The notes under the pieces are model-generated. The model made no database searches, had not been told where the DNA came from, and worked only from the letters and a program-made list of their open reading frames with translations. Both the position numbers and the translations under genes were made by a program. Positions 35,340-40,282 of a stretch of 40,282 bases of DNA are shown here, piece after piece (the stretch's first letter is position 1; each line of letters starts with the position of its first letter). Source of the stretch: Octopus bimaculoides (Eukaryota); contig NC_068983.1 of NCBI RefSeq assembly GCF_001194135.2, positions 105,935,680 to 105,975,961 of the forward strand, given 5' to 3'.

Positions 35340-35640
35340 TTTACTTGTTTCAGTCATTAGACTGCGGCCATGCTGGGACACTGGCTTGAAGAACTCTTTT
35401 GCCAAACTACTAAGTTACGGACATATAAACACACCAACACCAGTTGTCGAGCGGTGGTGGGAGACGAACACAAATACACACGACAAGCTTTTTCAGTTTC
35501 CATCTACCAAATCCATTTCAAGGCTTTAGTCCGCCCCAGATCACAGTAGAAGACACTTGCCCAAGGTGCCACACAGTGGGAATGAACCTGGGACCATGTG
35601 GTTGGGAAACAGGCTTCTTACCTCACGGTCAGCCTGCACC
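35340..35640 (-). mobile_element. SINE family A with internal deletion
   Basis: Head and tail present; about 65 nt missing relative to 12113-12533. Confidence 0.9.
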
Positions 35641-37044
35641 TTTATTAAATATTTCAAGAATAAATATATTCTTATCAAGTTGATTTTTAAATATTAAATT
35701 GAACGAGCTGATCGTTTTCGAAATAGTTAAGAGAATCTATATTTCTAAGACAGAAAAGACGAGGTATTATTGCCTTTTTCTGAAGGTATTATTAATAACA
35801 TACGGAATGTGAAATAGCTTCACGTGGGAAATGAATCTGGCACGATAAATTCGGTTTGACTAGATTTTATGACCTTTGCCAGGTATGGGTAATCTTTTTT
35901 CGAGAAGAGATCCGCGCTACTGAATAATGAAAAAAAAAATTCAAGGTAATCTTTCATTGGTTGTGCCATTTAGAAAGTCCTGCGGGCTGCAGTTTGCCCA
36001 TGATTGATCTATGCTATATTAGTGTCGACACAATAGACATAGTATAACCAAATTGCAATAAAAATAATGTTGATGAAATTCACTGACAGCACTACAACAC
36101 ATACAAATTATATATATATGTGTGTGTGTGTGCTTTTTCCCACAGATACTGAAAGCAGTATAGGTATTTTCCTATTATAATCAATATAGGTACGAGACGA
36201 ACGAGTTTATTTTGTTTATTTTTATTCGTCGGACTGAAAAGATGGGTCACTGTTCATACATAGTCTCCAGTTGTTGTCAGTCTAGTTGTAGCCTAAATAC
36301 ATAAATGTTATTTTAAGTGATCGTATGTGTGTATGTCAATATACTCATTCTAATTGAGATGCAAAACAAATAAAGAATACGATTATCTATAATTTTACAA
36401 CTTCATATCATGTCGTTATCCCTTGTTATCTCTTGTTTATTAAAGATATATTTTATAGAAATATAGGAGGTCAGAGAATGACATTTCAAATACAAATTTC
36501 CAAATGAACTAACTTCATAGGGCATCTTTTGTAGGTTAACACTTTACTTGGTATTTTAAACAGATTAAACATATCTTGATCACGTTTCGGTTGCGTATTT
36601 TCTAAATAGCTGTTATTGTATACATGCACAATATCTAATAAGTCACCTAGCCTTCACTTAAAAGGCACATAACTCCTTAATTCCCTTGAACTAAGTGGTT
36701 GTGTGTGTATGTGGTGGGGGGAACGATAAAAGAATAAGAATAACAATATATCGTACCTTAGTTGTTTAAACGCCTTGGTTCGAATCAAATTGTCATATTA
36801 CTGGCTGACACAGTGCTAAACGTTAAATGTAAATGAAATCATTTACATATATGTCTCGGTCGAAAGTCAACTTTTGAGTAATTTCACTAAAGGGTTTGGT
36901 CCGTGAATTCCCAAAAATATTTAAACAAGAATTCTTTATGCCTGCACACTTTCGTTCGCAAACGATTGTATTCACAGACAGTTCACAAATAAGTATTCTC
37001 TCATATCCACACACGTACATACGAACACATACACGCGTACACAC

Positions 37045-37063
37045 GGAAAGGAGGCGCGCGCGC

Positions 37064-37107
<44 letters not shown>

Positions 37108-37592
37108 AGAAATTGTTGAACTACTGAAAATGCGGAAACCATCAAGTGATTTGGGCTTGGCATTAGGAAACCTTGTACTCAGTATTTATTTCAAAGTATC
37201 TATTGGCGGACAAAGTAGAGATTAGGCCCGTTGCTTGATTGTAGTATAAACGAAAATCTTTTATTAGTCTTTTAACAAATATATAAAGAAGTAAATTGTA
37301 GACAAGGCGTGCAAACAGTCAAGAAAAATCCGATTAATCGTTTTAGTTTTATGTCGTTTTTTTCCCCACTTTGCATCACATATACAAGTAAACTTAATTA
37401 CAGTGCAAGTCAAAACATGGAAGAACAATGCATTTCAAATATATTTTTTAAAATACGAGCTAAAGGATTCTTTAGATACGACACTAAAAACAACAGATTT
37501 GGAACGAAAACTCAAGTGTGTTTATTTGTTTAACAAAGAGGTTCTTCAAAAATGCAGTTATTATTGTTGTTATCATTTGTATCCGTGTATGG

Positions 37593-37634
<42 letters not shown>

Positions 37635-37640
37635 CGCGCT
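37045..37640. repeat. (CA)n (37045-37105) and (TG)n (37578-37638) tracts in opposite orientation
   Basis: Direct reading. Confidence 0.9.
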
Positions 37641-37884
37641 AAGTTTAAATAGCGGAAAACGAGTCTAGGATGTAATACCATCAACTTCTCTGGTTAAGAA
37701 ACCAAAAGTGTTTCAGTCGACGTTCTTGGCTTCGTTCAGGGAGTGTTCGCTAGATAATGTTAAGTTCTATTAGAATATTCAGATTTCTGAGAGTTTGATT
37801 ACACTGTGTAACAGACTTTTGTCCTTGGGTAGCAACTGTTATTTTCCTATTTGCTTCCCCTTAGAAAGCATGAAAAATGGCTAA

Positions 37885-38170
37885 TATTTTCTTCAAACTT
37901 TGCTTTTATTAAATCTATTCAAATCCCGAAGAATTCCTCTCAACACATGACTACACTGCTCCCCAACTACGCCTGCTCATAAACAGAGATGCACATATTG
38001 TTAAGGTCAAGCAATTGACAAGCAAATCTGTCGTATTGAGCAGAATATTTGCTATAACGATATTTCTGCTTCAGCAACTCAGCGCTGAAGCTGTCTAAAA
38101 TGTAATGGAAAATAGGTCAGTTTCAAAACATTGATGTCCAGGTCACAATATGTTTGAAGGGAATAGTAGT
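37885..38170. mobile_element. MITE family M, opposite orientation to 11800 copy
   Basis: Reverse-complement match to 11800-12110. Confidence 0.85.
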
Positions 38171-38399
38171 AAAATCCTTTGATTTCTAGATAGAAGCAAG
38201 TGGGAAATACACTTACTGACCAAAGACAAAAATAAAAAATAAAAAATGTTGTTACACAGTGTTATTCTACCTTCTCTCTAATGCATGCGTATACATAAAT
38301 ACACACGTATTGTACAATGCCCTCTACTTAAAACCTAATTTTCCTTGATTCAGTCTTAATGAAGAAATCTCTGTTATAAATAAAGTGCTTCTGAATAAG

Positions 38400-38660
38400 C
38401 CACTGTTTCAGTTAACCGAGTTGCTGATGCATAAATATCCTTATAGCAAATATTCTGTTCAGTATCACAGATTTGTTTGTCAGTTACTTGACCGTAAACA
38501 CTTGAGCATGTCCCTTAGTGGCTGACAATATGTGCATCTCTGATTATGAGAAGTGGGAGAGCATCATAGACATGTGTTGAGAGGGATTCCTTGGGGTTTG
38601 AATAAATTTAACAACAGCAAATTTTGAAGGAATTATTAGCAATTTTTCATACTTTAACGA
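38400..38660. mobile_element. MITE family M, same orientation as 11800 copy, partial
   Basis: aaatatccttatagcaaatattctg..cacagatttg..gagagcatcatag..tttgaaggaattattagcaattttt. Confidence 0.85.
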
Positions 38661-38701
38661 AATTGTTTAGTTTGTTTTAAATTGAATTACCATTTGTATT
38701 A

Positions 38702-38995
38702 TCTTTTATCTTTTACTTGTTTCACTCATTTGTCTGCCTAGTATTTATTCTATCAGTCTCTTAGGCCGAATCGCTAAGTTACGAGGACGTAAACACATCA
38801 GTACCAGTTGTCAAGTGGTGGTGGGGGACAAACACAGACACAATGACACACATACACACACACACACATACAACAGGCTTCTTTCAGTTTCCAGCAACCA
38901 AATCCTGTCACAAGACTTTGGTTGGGCCGAGGCTGTAGAAGACACTTGCCCAAGGTGTCAGGCAGTGAGACTGAACTCGGAACCATGTGGTTGTG
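38702..38995 (-). mobile_element. SINE family A
   Basis: Tail, (CA)n and gtagaagacacttgcccaaggtg..aaccatgtggttg. Confidence 0.9.
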
Positions 38996-39767
38996 ACGGT
39001 CGATACCACTCACTGTCATTAAGCAAACTGTTTTATTTCAATTGCCATACGCCATTAAGTATATGACAATTTCTTTGATTAAATATTAACATTGAACCAA
39101 AAACTCGTGCTTCACTTCTTCACTGTGATATCTAATTGTGGAACTACCCATCATATAAAGGTTCTAAAGCACATGTTGGGACTCTGAAAACCGACACCAC
39201 ATGAACCAGCAGTTTTGAATCTGACACCTTTAGTTTGTTTATTTGCCACCAGGGCGGTACTGTTATATGAAACAATAAAACCATATTTCGAAGCATTTCC
39301 TGTTTCATATATATATATATATATGTATGTGATGACAAGACAATGTTTAAATAAGGGCTCTCCTTCGGAGTAAATTTCTGTTTTCCGGCATTTTCCCTTG
39401 GTTCGGCAATAACTCAGATCCCAAGAGTGGCGTATTAAAGAGGTCCGACGTGTTTATGCTTTCGGGGGATAATGAAAACAAAGTTATAGAAATTTGAGTG
39501 TTTAAAGTATTTTATTGATTGGTATTCAAAACAGATGCTTAAACCTTTCTTTTTTTTTCCCCACCCATTTTTTCCCCAACACCAAAGATTGTCGAATTCA
39601 AAAGATTAGCTGGTACTAGTTTGAGCGACTTGTACAAGCCCTATTATTGTAATTAATTCCATGAGATTCCTATGATTAACAGTATTCCGTCTATGACCTC
39701 TTCGCATAAGGCATCACGTACAAACGACTATATTATACAATATACCTTCTTCCTTTTTACACGCCAG

Positions 39768-39797
39768 TGTTATATGAGGAAATTTTAACTTACTTTT
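39768..39797 (+). CDS. Candidate 30-nt phase-1 micro-exon (xLYEEILTYF)
   Basis: Acceptor taccttcttcctttttacacgccag, donor TTTT|gtaagt; only one frame open. Confidence 0.4.
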
Positions 39798-40034
39798 GTA
39801 AGTCAAATGATTTCGCTGAGGCAACCGCTAACATCTTAGATTATAAAAGACAAGCTTATCTCCATCTGTCTGTCTCTTACAACATATGTAGGAGGGAAGA
39901 GAAGGTGGAGAAAAAATTGCTGTTGAGAGAGAGAGTGAAAGATAGATAGATAGTGTTGTCATCATAGTAACTAATAAGTTTTGGAAAAAATTTTTGGAGG
40001 AAATTTCTCCCGCTTACTCTCTCGCTCATATGTG

Positions 40035-40282
40035 TCATCATCATCATCATCATCATCGTTTAACGTCCGCTTTCCATGCTAGCATGGGTTGGACGATTTG
40101 ACTGAGGACTGGTGAAACCGGATGGCAACACCAGGCTCCAGTCTGATTTGGCAGAGTTTCTACAGCTGGATGCCCTTCCTAACGCCAACCACTCAGAGAG
40201 TGTAGTGGGTGCTTTTACGTGTCACCCGCACGAAAACGGCCACGCTCGAAATGGTGTCTTTTATGTGCCACCCGCACAAGCC
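40035..40282 (-). mobile_element. 3' part of a young SINE/LINE with (ATG)n tail, cut by window end
   Basis: (CAT)n then cgtttaacgtccgctttccatgct...gctggatgcccttcctaacgccaaccac, a widespread RTE-associated 3' motif (from memory). Confidence 0.8.

Noticed and set aside
1-40282. CRISPR arrays, operons or prokaryotic systems
   Set aside because: No repeat-spacer arrays or dense ORFs; sequence is clearly eukaryotic repeat-rich DNA.

Overview
AT-rich eukaryotic genomic DNA, dense in microsatellites and transposon relics, with seven assembly gaps. The SINE families look like those of Octopus (coleoid cephalopod); this is my recognition, not a database result. There is no long intact ORF, and almost all entries in the supplied ORF track are translations of (AT)n/(CA)n/(GA)n repeats, N-runs or decayed transposons. 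The window is best read as intronic/intergenic. It holds several SINE families, hAT-type MITEs (two with near-matching 8-bp TSDs), and decayed coding remnants of a restriction-like-endonuclease LINE, CR1/L2-type LINEs, an L1/Tx1-like ORF1, a hAT transposase and a Helitron helicase. The most unusual items are: (1) a Penelope-like repeat end with type I hammerhead-ribozyme topology and a compensatory G3:C8 core swap (25120-25170, minus); (2) an internally deleted 5S rRNA copy fused to a tRNA-SINE 3' tail (4437-4584); (3) a hAT element carrying a ~720-bp palindrome centred on head-to-head telomere-like repeats (12852-13810); (4) a diverged inverted duplication whose two arms both start at a splice-acceptor-like site (25598-25896). 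Several short candidate exons with plausible splice signals exist, but no host gene could be identified, and these are low confidence.
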